Shown here piece by piece: positions 30,671 to 41,100 of a DNA stretch of 64,000 nucleotides. The stretch covers positions 2,240,001-2,304,000 of the forward strand of contig OZ257142.1 in assembly GCA_965279035.1 (NCBI GenBank), given 5' to 3'. The notes below the pieces were generated by a model, which worked only from the letters and a program-made list of their open reading frames with translations, searched no databases and was not told where the DNA came from. The stretch is from Bacteroidia bacterium (GTDB lineage Bacteria > Bacteroidota > Bacteroidia > M30B66). The position numbers and the translations under genes are program-made. Numbering within the stretch: position 1 is the first letter of the stretch; each line of letters begins with the position of its first letter.

Positions 30671-30734
30671 AGGTTTTCTTCACACAATTGGCTGCAAATG
30701 TAACACGGATTTTGTAAATTTTGTTTAATCAACA

Positions 30735-31637
30735 TTAATGAACGTCTTTATTCGATTTCACCGGACTTAAAGTATATCCGTTTTTTCTTAGTAAAGCAAT
30801 AATACCATCGTCTCCAGCAAGATGTAAAGCACCAACGGCAATGAAACAGGATTTATTATTTACTGCTTCTTCAATGCGTGGAATCCATTTCTCATTCCGG
30901 TCTTTCAACAGCAAATCCGACTCAATATCACTGTAACCAGACGATTGCATAAGCGAATCTAAACAGTTTAAATCTTGTGCTTTGTAACAAGCATTCATTC
31001 GATCACTTTCTTGCTCATTGTTTTTGAGTTCATCTTTTCGTAAATACTCCATCAGCATTACAACTTGCTGATTTACAGGTGTACTGTTAAACAATAAATC
31101 TGCTTGGTCTTTCATTGTTTCAAGAGATAGCACATCTTTTTTGTTTTTACGTGCTTCTTGTTGTACATATACATCCATCGGAACTCCTTTGTAATCAGTC
31201 ACCATCGAGGTTTTTTGCATTTCGCTTGAAGCAAATAGTAAGAAGATTCCAATAGGTTTCATCTTCATAAATAAGGTCATCGGCATCCCTAATTTCTCCA
31301 ACATGAATTTGCTTAAGGAATCCATTTGTTGGGGATTTAAATAATCTTCCAATGAACCTTCTGTTAACAACATATAAGGCATCATTTCGGCTGCAATAGC
31401 AGGAGTTACCTCCAATTCACCCATCACCGAATTAGTTTTTTTGAGTGCTTTTTGGCAGCCAGCTATTGAATTCAAAAATTCATCATTCACTAAATGATAG
31501 GTCCCTAAAATATAGGATGGTTTTGTAATCGATTTCCCACTGATCTTCCACAAGAGTGCATTTTCGGCTTTTTGGCCATAAACAAATCCACTACTTAATA
31601 AGAGAATTATTGTTAGTCGTGTGCAGAAGCTCAACAT
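30735..31637 (-). CDS. TraB/GumN (Tiki-like) family protein
   Basis: LLWKISG, GTYH, MD, LET, RNEKW and AVGALHL motifs; likely start at 31637. Confidence 0.88.
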   Translation of the reverse strand: MLSFCTRLTIILLLSSGFVYGQKAENALLWKISGKSITKPSYILGTYHLVNDEFLNSIAGCQKALKKTNSVMGELEVTPAIAAEMMPYMLLTEGSLEDYLNPQQMDSLSKFMLEKLGMPMTLFMKMKPIGIFLLFASSEMQKTSMVTDYKGVPMDVYVQQEARKNKKDVLSLETMKDQADLLFNSTPVNQQVVMLMEYLRKDELKNNEQESDRMNACYKAQDLNCLDSLMQSSGYSDIESDLLLKDRNEKWIPRIEEAVNNKSCFIAVGALHLAGDDGIIALLRKNGYTLSPVKSNKDVH

Positions 31638-31687
31638 CGTTTTAGAGATTTGCACAAACATACGGCAATCGCTTGCTTTTGGATTGG

Positions 31688-34081
31688 ATGAAAGATTCAA
31701 TACGCACCATTTTCTTAAAATTAAGTTCGTTTTTTAAACGGAGAAGGAATCGTATTGGATTTTACTTATTTCTTCTACTTACTTGGTTTGCTTGCTGCTT
31801 GCCCGATCCGCTATTTGAAGAACCTTTTTCAACTGTAATAACAAGTGCTGATGGACAATTACTTGGAGCTCGAATTGCTTCTGATGGACAGTGGCGATTT
31901 CCCGGAAATGATACAGTGCCTGAAAAATTTGAAGCCTGCTTGCTCACTTTTGAGGATCGTCATTTTTATCATCATCCCGGAGTAAATCCAGTTTCGATAA
32001 CACGATCGGCTTTTCGAAATATTAGTCAGGGAAAAGTTATAAGTGGAGGAAGTACAATCACTATGCAGGTGATGCGACTTGCTCGTAAAGGACAAAAACG
32101 AAGTTTTCTTGAAAAGGCAATCGAAAGCATTCAAGCACTTCGACTCGAATGTTCCTATTCTAAACGAAGTATCTTAGCTATGTATGCTCGCCATGCACCT
32201 TTTGGTGGAAATGTAGTTGGATTGGATGCAGCAGCGTGGCGATACTTTGGAAGGCGCGCCGAGGATTTATCTTGGGCTGAATCAGCAACTTTAGCGGTAC
32301 TTCCCAATGCTCCATCACTCATTTTCCCTGGGAAAAACCAAGATAAATTGCTCCGTAAACGCAATGCTTTATTAAATGAATTACTTCAACGGGAACTCAT
32401 CGATTCTACTACACTTGATTTAGCTCTTCAAGAACCTTTGCCCGAAAAACCGTATCCCATTCCTTTGAAAGCCATTCAACTTTTGACGCGAGTTGAACAC
32501 GAAGTTGGAATTGGCAAAATGGTGCAAACATCTGTTGATCGCATACTTCAAGATCGGATTCTTCAAATTGTATCGAATTATCAAGCACGTTGGGAGGCAA
32601 ATGGAGTTTATAATGCTGGTGTTTTAGTATTGGATGTTTCTTCTGGGAAAACACTGGCCTATGTTGGGAATTTGCAGAATGTTGATGGAATGCATGGTTC
32701 GGCAGTCGATATGATTCCTGCTGAACGAAGTACTGGTTCAATTTTAAAACCCTTGCTTTTTGCATCGATGCTTCATTATGGAATGTGTTTGCCCAGCACA
32801 TTAGAAGCTGATATTCCTACTCAAATTGATGGATATGCTCCCAAAAATTACAATTTGACTTATGATGGTGCTGTCCCAGCTAGAAAAGCCATTTCGAGAT
32901 CGCTCAATGTGCCTGCAGTTAGAATGTTGCAGCAATTAGGTATTGAACGATTTAATAATGTATTACGCAAATTGGGTATGACAACCCTACGGAAATCATC
33001 TTCGCATTATGGATTATCTCTCATTTTAGGCGGTGCCGAAGGTTCACTTTGGGATATCTGTGGAATTTATGCTTCGCTAGCTCGGCAGCAAAATCATTTT
33101 GCATTCAATAATGGGCGATATACTATGGATGATATTCATCCACCCAGTTTGATTGAAAATTCTGTGAAATCAACTAATAAGCAAGGAAAGCTGGAGCATT
33201 CAATTCTAGATGCAGGTGCCGTTTTCGAAATGTTTGAAGCCATGTCGGAAGTGAATCGTCCAGATGAAGAAGCGGGCTGGAGTGAATTTCTTTCTTCTCA
33301 AAAAGTAGCATGGAAAACCGGAACATCCTTTGGGCACCGCGATGCATGGGCTATTGGATTAACTCCCAAGTATGTTGTTGGAGTTTGGGTTGGTAATGCA
33401 AGTGGTGAAGGAAAACCATTAATAACGGGAGTTGGTGCAGCTGCTCCGGTTTTATTTGATGTGCTTTCACTTTTGCCACGTTGCGCTTGGTTCAATCGTC
33501 CTTATGATGATGAAGTGTTGACACGCGTATGTCATGAATCAGGTTTTAAAGCAGGGAAATTTTGTGAAATAATTGATAGTTGTTGGGTTCCTAAATCGGG
33601 TTTACGTACAACTGTTTGTCCCTATCATAAACAAATTCATTTGGAACCATCGGGGAAATTCCGAGCAGATGCGGGATGTATTTCACCCGATAAATTAATT
33701 CCACGTTCCTGGTTTGTTTTACCACCGGTGATGGAATATTATTATCGAAATACGCATCCTTCGTATGTTTCCCTACCCGAATGGTTACCCGGTTGCGGAG
33801 AAGAACAAGAGCAGCAGATGATGGAATTTATTTATCCAAGAGCCAATAGCGATATCATTGTACCTCGTTCATATTCAGGATTGCCAACACGAACTGTAAT
33901 GGAAATTGCACATCGAGATCCAGATCGTATTGTGTATTGGCATCTCGATGGGAAATATTTAGGACAAACGCAACATTTTCATCAATTTGCCATTCAACCC
34001 GAATTGGGTGAACACCTTTTAATCGTTGTAGATGAGCAAGGTGAAAAAATTCAGCGTCGATTTAAGATTGTAAAAAACTGA
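31688..34081 (+). CDS. pbpC: penicillin-binding protein 1C
   Basis: Transglycosylase EDRHFY and GGSTITMQ; transpeptidase SILK, SLN and KTG; C-terminal BiPBP domain. Confidence 0.92.
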   Translation: MKDSIRTIFLKLSSFFKRRRNRIGFYLFLLLTWFACCLPDPLFEEPFSTVITSADGQLLGARIASDGQWRFPGNDTVPEKFEACLLTFEDRHFYHHPGVNPVSITRSAFRNISQGKVISGGSTITMQVMRLARKGQKRSFLEKAIESIQALRLECSYSKRSILAMYARHAPFGGNVVGLDAAAWRYFGRRAEDLSWAESATLAVLPNAPSLIFPGKNQDKLLRKRNALLNELLQRELIDSTTLDLALQEPLPEKPYPIPLKAIQLLTRVEHEVGIGKMVQTSVDRILQDRILQIVSNYQARWEANGVYNAGVLVLDVSSGKTLAYVGNLQNVDGMHGSAVDMIPAERSTGSILKPLLFASMLHYGMCLPSTLEADIPTQIDGYAPKNYNLTYDGAVPARKAISRSLNVPAVRMLQQLGIERFNNVLRKLGMTTLRKSSSHYGLSLILGGAEGSLWDICGIYASLARQQNHFAFNNGRYTMDDIHPPSLIENSVKSTNKQGKLEHSILDAGAVFEMFEAMSEVNRPDEEAGWSEFLSSQKVAWKTGTSFGHRDAWAIGLTPKYVVGVWVGNASGEGKPLITGVGAAAPVLFDVLSLLPRCAWFNRPYDDEVLTRVCHESGFKAGKFCEIIDSCWVPKSGLRTTVCPYHKQIHLEPSGKFRADAGCISPDKLIPRSWFVLPPVMEYYYRNTHPSYVSLPEWLPGCGEEQEQQMMEFIYPRANSDIIVPRSYSGLPTRTVMEIAHRDPDRIVYWHLDGKYLGQTQHFHQFAIQPELGEHLLIVVDEQGEKIQRRFKIVKN

Positions 34082-34119
34082 CGCACGACAATTCGTGTAT
34101 TTTTGGAAAAAAATTTCAG

Positions 34120-34551
34120 ATGGATATTTTAAATACTGTACACAATCTTCTTCGTTGGATTATTATACCTGTTATGCTTTTCGTGCTCATTCGGAGCTAT
34201 ATGGGCTGGTTTGGTAAGAAACCGTTTGCCAAGCTAGACAATGCTTTAGGCGGAGCCTTGATTGGATTAGCACACACTCAATTATTGATAGGATTGGTAC
34301 TTTACTTTACAAGTACACGTGGTTATGCTTTATTGACTACCCCAGGTGTGATGAAAGATGCTGTTTCACGTTTGTATGCGCTTGAACATCCTTTAATGAT
34401 GATCATTGCTGTTGTATTTATTCAATTGGGACGTACTTTTTCTAAGAAAGCTACCAATGATGAAAAGCGTTTTAAGACTGTTGCTATTTATACCAGCATT
34501 GCATTGGTATTGATTTTATCTCGTCAGATTCATTGGAATTTTATCTTCTAA
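34120..34551 (+). CDS. conserved 4-TM membrane protein (often annotated cytochrome b-like)
   Basis: HNLLRW, HTQLLIG and EHP conserved His motifs. Confidence 0.65.
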   Translation: MDILNTVHNLLRWIIIPVMLFVLIRSYMGWFGKKPFAKLDNALGGALIGLAHTQLLIGLVLYFTSTRGYALLTTPGVMKDAVSRLYALEHPLMMIIAVVFIQLGRTFSKKATNDEKRFKTVAIYTSIALVLILSRQIHWNFIF

Positions 34552-34703
34552 ATCTCGTTTTTTGGGTGCAGGTTTTTTCTTAGCACCTAAAGAATTCGAA
34601 ATCCTTTGTTAAGTAAATAGCTAACACCTGCATTCGCTAACAACATCGTTGTAACTAAATGTTCAGGGTTTTAATACTATTTTGGAGTAGCTCTAGTTCA
34701 ATC

Positions 34704-35513
34704 TTAATCCAAGAAAGCGGTTAAACCCAATTGGAATACTAACATATTACTTAGACTTGTTTTAACTGGAACGCTAACATTCAAATCCTTTTCATAAAAT
34801 TTATTGTTAAGATTATTTAATTGAATGTCAGGTGAATTTAGTTTGACATTCCAATCATTGGCCGATGTTCGATCTATATAATTCAATTTTCCACCAAATA
34901 AAAAAGCCACATTCGAATTGATATACACATTCGAATTCAATTTCCATAAAAGACCAAAACTTCCTCCAGCAATCCACGAAAAGTCTGATTTTTGGGTATC
35001 ATAATATGCCCTGCTTTTCGAATCTGTTTGAAAGAATTTCCCTGTTTCTTTTTCTGTCAAAGTTACTTGAGTCCAAGCACATTGAACTCCGGCAATTAAG
35101 TCGACAAATGGCTTGAACGTTTGTTGTTCACCCTGAATTCGAGCTAATAAATGAACATTCAGTAATTGATTAACAGTTCGAAGTTTTAGTGGAATTTGTT
35201 GAGTAAACAAAAAGGCAGACCCATTGAAAACGGAAGCATTAACATTAATATCTGATTTTAAATGGCTTGTACGGTAATAGGAAAAGCCAAAGCCCGGAAT
35301 GAATGGACTTGTATGAGGAGTTTTAAATAAGAAATTATAGGTAAGTCCAAAAGGTTGTAAATTGCTTGAACGGTCAAATGCATTCCTTGGGAAACCTAAT
35401 GAGATACAGAAATCAGTTATACGCTGTTTTTCAGAATTTGATGAACTAATCTGAGCAATTGAATAGGGGCAAAGCACAAGAAATAGAATACTAGCTAGGT
35501 AGATTTTATTCAT
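34704..35513 (-). CDS. hypothetical outer-membrane beta-barrel protein
   Basis: Signal peptide, KPFVDLIAG and C-terminal FQLGLTAF strand. Confidence 0.55.
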   Translation of the reverse strand: MNKIYLASILFLVLCPYSIAQISSSNSEKQRITDFCISLGFPRNAFDRSSNLQPFGLTYNFLFKTPHTSPFIPGFGFSYYRTSHLKSDINVNASVFNGSAFLFTQQIPLKLRTVNQLLNVHLLARIQGEQQTFKPFVDLIAGVQCAWTQVTLTEKETGKFFQTDSKSRAYYDTQKSDFSWIAGGSFGLLWKLNSNVYINSNVAFLFGGKLNYIDRTSANDWNVKLNSPDIQLNNLNNKFYEKDLNVSVPVKTSLSNMLVFQLGLTAFLD

Positions 35514-35705
35514 GGGATAGATTTGTTGATTTCAAAACAACAAAATTTGAGAATAGGAGCCTTTTTTTTTATTTGTTGATATGAAATTAATCCTATCTCA
35601 AATTGCAAGTATTTGGTCTTCACTACAATGCAGAAATCCTTCATTTTTATTTGGTGGTAACATAAATGCGTCCTACTTTTGCACTCCTTTTTAATTAAGA
35701 TCCAT

Positions 35706-35787
35706 GCGGATGTGGCGTAATTGGTAGCCGCACCAGACTTAGGATCTGGCGCCGCGAGGCGTGGGGGTTCGAGTCCCTTCATCCGCA
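35706..35787 (+). tRNA. tRNA-Leu (anticodon TAG)
   Basis: GCGGATG/CATCCGC acceptor, CCAGA-CTTAGGA-TCTGG anticodon arm, long variable arm and GTTCGAG T-loop. TACTTTTG promoter at 35674. Confidence 0.96.
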
Positions 35788-35837
35788 CATTGCTTCTCCT
35801 TCGGGAGAAGCATTTTTTATTGTAAAGAAGTTCCAGA

Positions 35838-37205
35838 ATGAACGTAACACAGGAAAATGTTGACGCGCTCAACGCAGTAGTCCGGATCCAATTTTCACCG
35901 GCTGATTATCAACCCAAAATTGACGAACAACTTCGCGATTACGCTAAAAAGGTTCAGATGCCTGGTTTTCGTCCAGGAAAAGTTCCCGCAGGTATGGTGA
36001 AAAAAATGTACGGCAAATCCATCTTGGTGGATGAACTGAACAAACTCACTTCGGATACCCTTTTTAATTATCTGCGCGATCAACAGTTAGATGTATTAGG
36101 AAATCCACTTCCTAAATCTGAAAACGATTCTGCAATCGATTTAGACAATCCAGGAGAAATCAATCTTTCGTTTGAAGTTGGACTTGCTCCTAAATTCGAA
36201 TTGGATCTTTCGACCAATCATCGCTTTAATCACTACAAAGTGAAATTGGATGATTCCTACATTAATGATATCGTTCAAGATTATCGTAAGCGTTTAGGTG
36301 AATTGGAAGAAACAGATACTTCAGCCGAAGGTGATCAAATTCATGGTATTGCTGAAGAGCTCAATGCCGATGGTTCGGTGAAAGAAGGTGGTTTGAATAA
36401 ACACATCACGATTCAATTCGAAGACCTGAAAATGGGCAATCAACAAGCCTTATTTACTGGTTTGAGTAAAGGTTCTGAAATCGTTATTGATTTTAAAACT
36501 GCCGTTGTTAATCCCACTGTGATTGGTGCTATTCTAGCCATTTCAACCGAAGAAGCCGAAGCACTTGAAAGCACTTTTCGTTTTACAGTTGAATGGGTAA
36601 AACGCGGTTCTTTAGCCGAAGTGAATCAAGATTTCTTTGATAAATTGCTTGGACCTGGAGTAATCAGTACGGAAGAAGAACTTCGTGCTCGCATTGCTGA
36701 AGATGGAGAAGCTCGTTACCGCAAAGATGCCGATAATCGTTTTTTCAATGAAGTTGTTGAGCATTTAGTGAATACTTCCCGTTTCGATTTACCCAACGAT
36801 TTTTTAAAACGCTGGTTAGTTTCTCAGAATGAAGGGAAAGTCAATTCGGAAGATATCGAAAGCAATTACGAGAATTACTCCAAAGGAATTCGTTGGCAGT
36901 TAATTGAAGGAAAAATCATTAAGGAAAACAACATTGCTGTGAGCAATGATCAAGTGATTGAATCTTTTACTGAAGATTTCTTAGCCTATATGGGCGCACC
37001 TGGAACTCAAGATGAAACCTTGCGTGAACGTGCTCGTGAAATTGCCAAAGGCATGATGAAGAATGAAAAGGAAGTGAATAAAGTGTACGATCGTTTATAC
37101 AATGAAGCAATGACTACTTTATTTCTCAGTAGCTTTGATGTTCATACAGTTGAGCTTCCATTTGAAGCTTGGGTTGAACAATTGAATAAGCCATTGAATT
37201 CATAA
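35838..37205 (+). CDS. tig: trigger factor
   Basis: MPGFRPGKVP ribosome-binding signature; lies downstream of tRNA-Leu. Confidence 0.93.
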   Translation: MNVTQENVDALNAVVRIQFSPADYQPKIDEQLRDYAKKVQMPGFRPGKVPAGMVKKMYGKSILVDELNKLTSDTLFNYLRDQQLDVLGNPLPKSENDSAIDLDNPGEINLSFEVGLAPKFELDLSTNHRFNHYKVKLDDSYINDIVQDYRKRLGELEETDTSAEGDQIHGIAEELNADGSVKEGGLNKHITIQFEDLKMGNQQALFTGLSKGSEIVIDFKTAVVNPTVIGAILAISTEEAEALESTFRFTVEWVKRGSLAEVNQDFFDKLLGPGVISTEEELRARIAEDGEARYRKDADNRFFNEVVEHLVNTSRFDLPNDFLKRWLVSQNEGKVNSEDIESNYENYSKGIRWQLIEGKIIKENNIAVSNDQVIESFTEDFLAYMGAPGTQDETLRERAREIAKGMMKNEKEVNKVYDRLYNEAMTTLFLSSFDVHTVELPFEAWVEQLNKPLNS

Positions 37206-37223
37206 TTTTTGATTGAGTGTGTG

Positions 37224-37262
37224 AAACGGCGTCAGGGCAACCTCGGCGCCGTTTTTATTTTT
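37224..37262 (+). terminator. intrinsic terminator after tig
   Basis: aaacggcgtc...ggcgccgttt GC-rich stem followed by a T-run. Confidence 0.8.
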
Positions 37263-37274
37263 AGGAACTCGTAT

Positions 37275-38081
37275 TCATTTCAAGGTACCATTCAAATAAT
37301 CTTCGACAGCCTTGTATGCTACTTCTCTTCTCGAACGTTTAAACATTTCGGTGTTTGAAGAGGTGTCGGCCATACGGACTAAATTGCTAAAATACACTAC
37401 ACGTACGGGTGTTTCGGCATAGCCAACAAACCAACCAATTTGCATGTTATCTTGATCTCCCCAACCCGATTTCCCATGGAAAACTACCTGATTGGAATCT
37501 CTTGAGATCATGATTTTTTTAACAATATCCATGGATCGTTTTGAACAAGGCAATTGATCATCATGCAATTTTTTAATGAAATCAATTTGTTCTTTCGGAC
37601 TTATTCTCAGTTTTCCACTCAACCAGAATTGATCAATTCCTCCAGTTGTATCAGCATTTCCATACTGAAATTTATCTAACCACGATTTCATTTTTTCTGC
37701 TCCAATTTGTCGTGCAAGCTCTTGATAATACCAAACCGTTGAATTTTTAAAAGCTTCTTTTAAGGTTTGATCATGATTCCAATCGGGATTTTCTCGAACG
37801 ATGCTATCCCAAGGAAATTGGGTGTTTTCATCTTTCAAAATACCTGTTTCCAATCCAATTAAAGAATTGCAAATTTTAAATGTTGATGCTGGTGTGTAAG
37901 CCGTTGTATAAACAGCTTTATCGGAAACAATGATTGAATTTCGCGCGGGATCTTCAATAGCCAAAAATCCATTAATACGATAAGGCTCATAATAATGACG
38001 CATAGAAGTCCTAATTAAAGGCTCTTGCGACCCTGAACATGAAAATATAAATAGGAGTGCAAAAAATGGTATTAATCGCAT
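37275..38081 (-). CDS. class D (OXA-like) serine beta-lactamase family lipoprotein
   Basis: PASTFK, STV, YGN, FWL and KSG motifs; lipobox IFSC. Confidence 0.85.
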   Translation of the reverse strand: MRLIPFFALLFIFSCSGSQEPLIRTSMRHYYEPYRINGFLAIEDPARNSIIVSDKAVYTTAYTPASTFKICNSLIGLETGILKDENTQFPWDSIVRENPDWNHDQTLKEAFKNSTVWYYQELARQIGAEKMKSWLDKFQYGNADTTGGIDQFWLSGKLRISPKEQIDFIKKLHDDQLPCSKRSMDIVKKIMISRDSNQVVFHGKSGWGDQDNMQIGWFVGYAETPVRVVYFSNLVRMADTSSNTEMFKRSRREVAYKAVEDYLNGTLK

Positions 38082-38169
38082 GATTATTCAAATTTACTAA
38101 GAAACAAGAATACCTGTTTTGTGTTTTATTTCGTAATTTTTCTTTGTTCAACTCATTTGAAAATAAATC

Positions 38170-41100
38170 CTATTCATTGGTGGATGTATTTAAATAGATA
38201 TCCATTTTATTAAACAGGATTTTCTCATCGATGGGTTTGGTTATATAGTCGTTCATTCCAACTTCTTTCGATTTCCGAATATCAAGATCAGTAACATCCG
38301 CTGTTAAAGCTAGGATTGGAACATTGGATTTTAATTTTTCACGAATATAACTTGTTGCTTCAAAACCATTCATTACGGGCATTTGAATATCCATGAGAAT
38401 TAAATCGTATTTCTTTGATTTTATCATGTTTAGGGCTATCTCTCCATCTTCAGCAAAATCATATTTACAACCATATTCAATCAATAGTGTTTTCATTAAT
38501 AGACGATTCAATGCATTGTCTTCGACTACTAAAATGATTTTATCAGTTGAATCAGTCTTTGGTGGATTTGATAAAAGATCTTGTGTTGAATTATCTTCTA
38601 CAGTAATATCTTCAATTTGACCTTTCTCTTTAATAAAGTCAAGTTCAAATAAAAATGTAGATCCTTTTTTCGGACTGCTAACTAAAGAAATTTTACCTCC
38701 TTGCAATTCAATTAGTTTTTTAACTATCGCTAAACCTAAACCAGTTCCACCATACAAACGTGTTGTATTTTCGGATGCTTGTTCAAAATTATCGAAGATT
38801 TGTTTTTGTTTCTCTTTGGGTATTCCTATTCCAGTATCTTTTAATGAAAATAGAATACGAATGGATTCCTTGTTTTCACTTAATAGTTGAATACGAAATT
38901 CAATTTTCCCCTTCTCAGTAAACTTAATTGCATTCTCAATGAGATTGATGATAATTTGTCTTAAACGCAATTCATCACCAACAATCTTACTTGGAAGCTT
39001 TGGATCATAGTGAATATGAAATTTTAAATTTTTATCTTCTAATTTTTGTTCAAAGAGTAGTTTAATTGCTGAAATGGCCTTTCTAATATTAAATGTTTTC
39101 TTTTCGAAAGTCATTTTCCCTTCATCAACTTTAGCTAAATCAAGAATGTCATTAATTAAAACAATTAATGCATCCCCTGACAATTTTATTGCAGTAAGAA
39201 AATCCTTTTGTTCTTTATTTATCGATGTCTTTAAAAGGGCATTTGTAAATCCAATAATGGAATTCATTGGAGTTCTAATTTCATGACTCATGTTCGACAA
39301 GAATAGTTGTTTGGCTTTAACAGCTATTTCGGCAATTTTTTTATCACTAACTGCAATTGTCTTTGCTTCAATCAGTTCATTTTTTATTTTCACTTGGTCG
39401 GTTACATCATACGCAATAATGGTAACACCTGAAATTGTTTCATCTGCCTCACGATAGGGTTGATATACAAAACTAAAATAGACATCCTCTAGTTTTTTAT
39501 TTCGTATTAGCGGTGTATGCATTTCTGTCCCATAAAATGGCTTTCCAGTTAAATAGACTTGACGTAATAATTCTGGAAAAGCGGAGGTTTTAAGTTCAGC
39601 TAAAACATCGAAAAGAGCTTTGCCTTCAATATCATTTCCTTTCCCCCACAATTTCTTAATACTATCATTGGCGAGTGTTATAATCATTTTTTCCCCTTTT
39701 AATATAGAAATTGCGAAAGGAGAATCTAACAGAAGGATATTATAACGTTTATTACTTTCTTCTATGTTTTTTGAATTTAATCGTTCTGTTCTTAAATTTT
39801 CTAGTAACTCATTTTTCTCTTTTAATTGTAATTCAAATGCAAGTTTTTTAGTTTCAGTTATATCATTCATTGTTAAAACAACCAATTCTTCATTGTTTTT
39901 AGGTTGTACAACGATATGTGCATTTAATAGTAGCGTTTTAGTACCGATTTGAGTGAAGTCTTGTTCAACTTCGATTTGATGAAATTCTTTATTTTTATTT
40001 ACTAAATTATCAAGCAGATCTTTAAGAATAGAAATATTCCATTGATTATTTCCAATACTAAAAAAGGAGTTTCCAATACATTTATTTTGACTTGTTTTAA
40101 ATAATGTATAGAAAGATTTATTGGCAGAAATGATCTTAAATTTTTTATTTAAAATAAGCATTGGCTCATAAATAGTGGTTAGAATTGTTTCATAATAATT
40201 ATATAAATCTTCAATTTGCTGAACACGAACGTGCATTTCTTTATTACTAATTATAAGCTCCTCATTTGTTGATTCTATTTCTTCTTTCGATGTTTCAAGT
40301 TCTTCATTTAAACTTTGTAACTCTTCATTGCTTGAAACAATTTCCTCATTCACAATTTGTAATTCATCGTTTGCTTCTTCATGTAAATGAGTAATGGTTC
40401 CCATTTCTGCCCTAACAGCTGCAAGTTCGGCTTCCAACTTCTTTATTCGAATATCCTTATTTGTGGTATAAGACTTTATTCCTTTTTTTGAATGTTCAGA
40501 ATCATCATGGATTTTGTTCCCAGTAAAAACAATAACTAAGAGTGGCTCTTCACCATCAATCATTAAGGGTCTTACTTCTATATTAACTAGTTGAATTGTT
40601 TTATTATTCGAATCCGAATAAATTTCTAAAGCATTTTTGCGAACTGTATTCTTTAATTTTTTAGCCAATTGAATAGCGTTTCTTAACTCAAACGCAAGTC
40701 CAATGTGAACCATTTTTAAAATGTTTAAACTCGCTTTTCCTGATCCATGCTTTAAGTAGTGAGATGTAGCTCCTCGAAACAATATGATTTCTAGGTTATA
40801 ATTAATAACGACACTAGCAGGTATATAATGGTCTAATAATAATGCATCAAAAAAATCATCGATCTTATTCGAATTAGGGAATATTCTTTTGGGAATAGGT
40901 TTAATGGAACTAGTTTTTTTAGAATCAGATTCTAACGAAATACGTGTAATTATTTCAGGTATTCTTTTAGAAACAGAAAGTGATTTGCGACAATAAAGTT
41001 TATGCTTTTTACTACTTAACGAAAAGAGATTAGTTGATGAACCAATGGTTTCTGATTTTCCAAGAAATAAATATCCACCTTGATTTAACGCATAATGAAA

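Noticed and set aside
30671-30734. cobalamin riboswitch before the DUF6580 gene
   Set aside because: Only 64 bp are available and no B12-box or conserved core is visible.
34561-34632. hairpin tttgggtgc/gcacctaaa with alternative tgcaggt/acctgca pairing as an RNA switch
   Set aside because: It lies between convergent gene ends and the stems are short; at most a weak terminator.
35510-35872. 120-aa minus-strand ORF (likewise 59701..59928 and 59834..60091)
   Set aside because: These are translations across tRNA genes or antisense to real genes.
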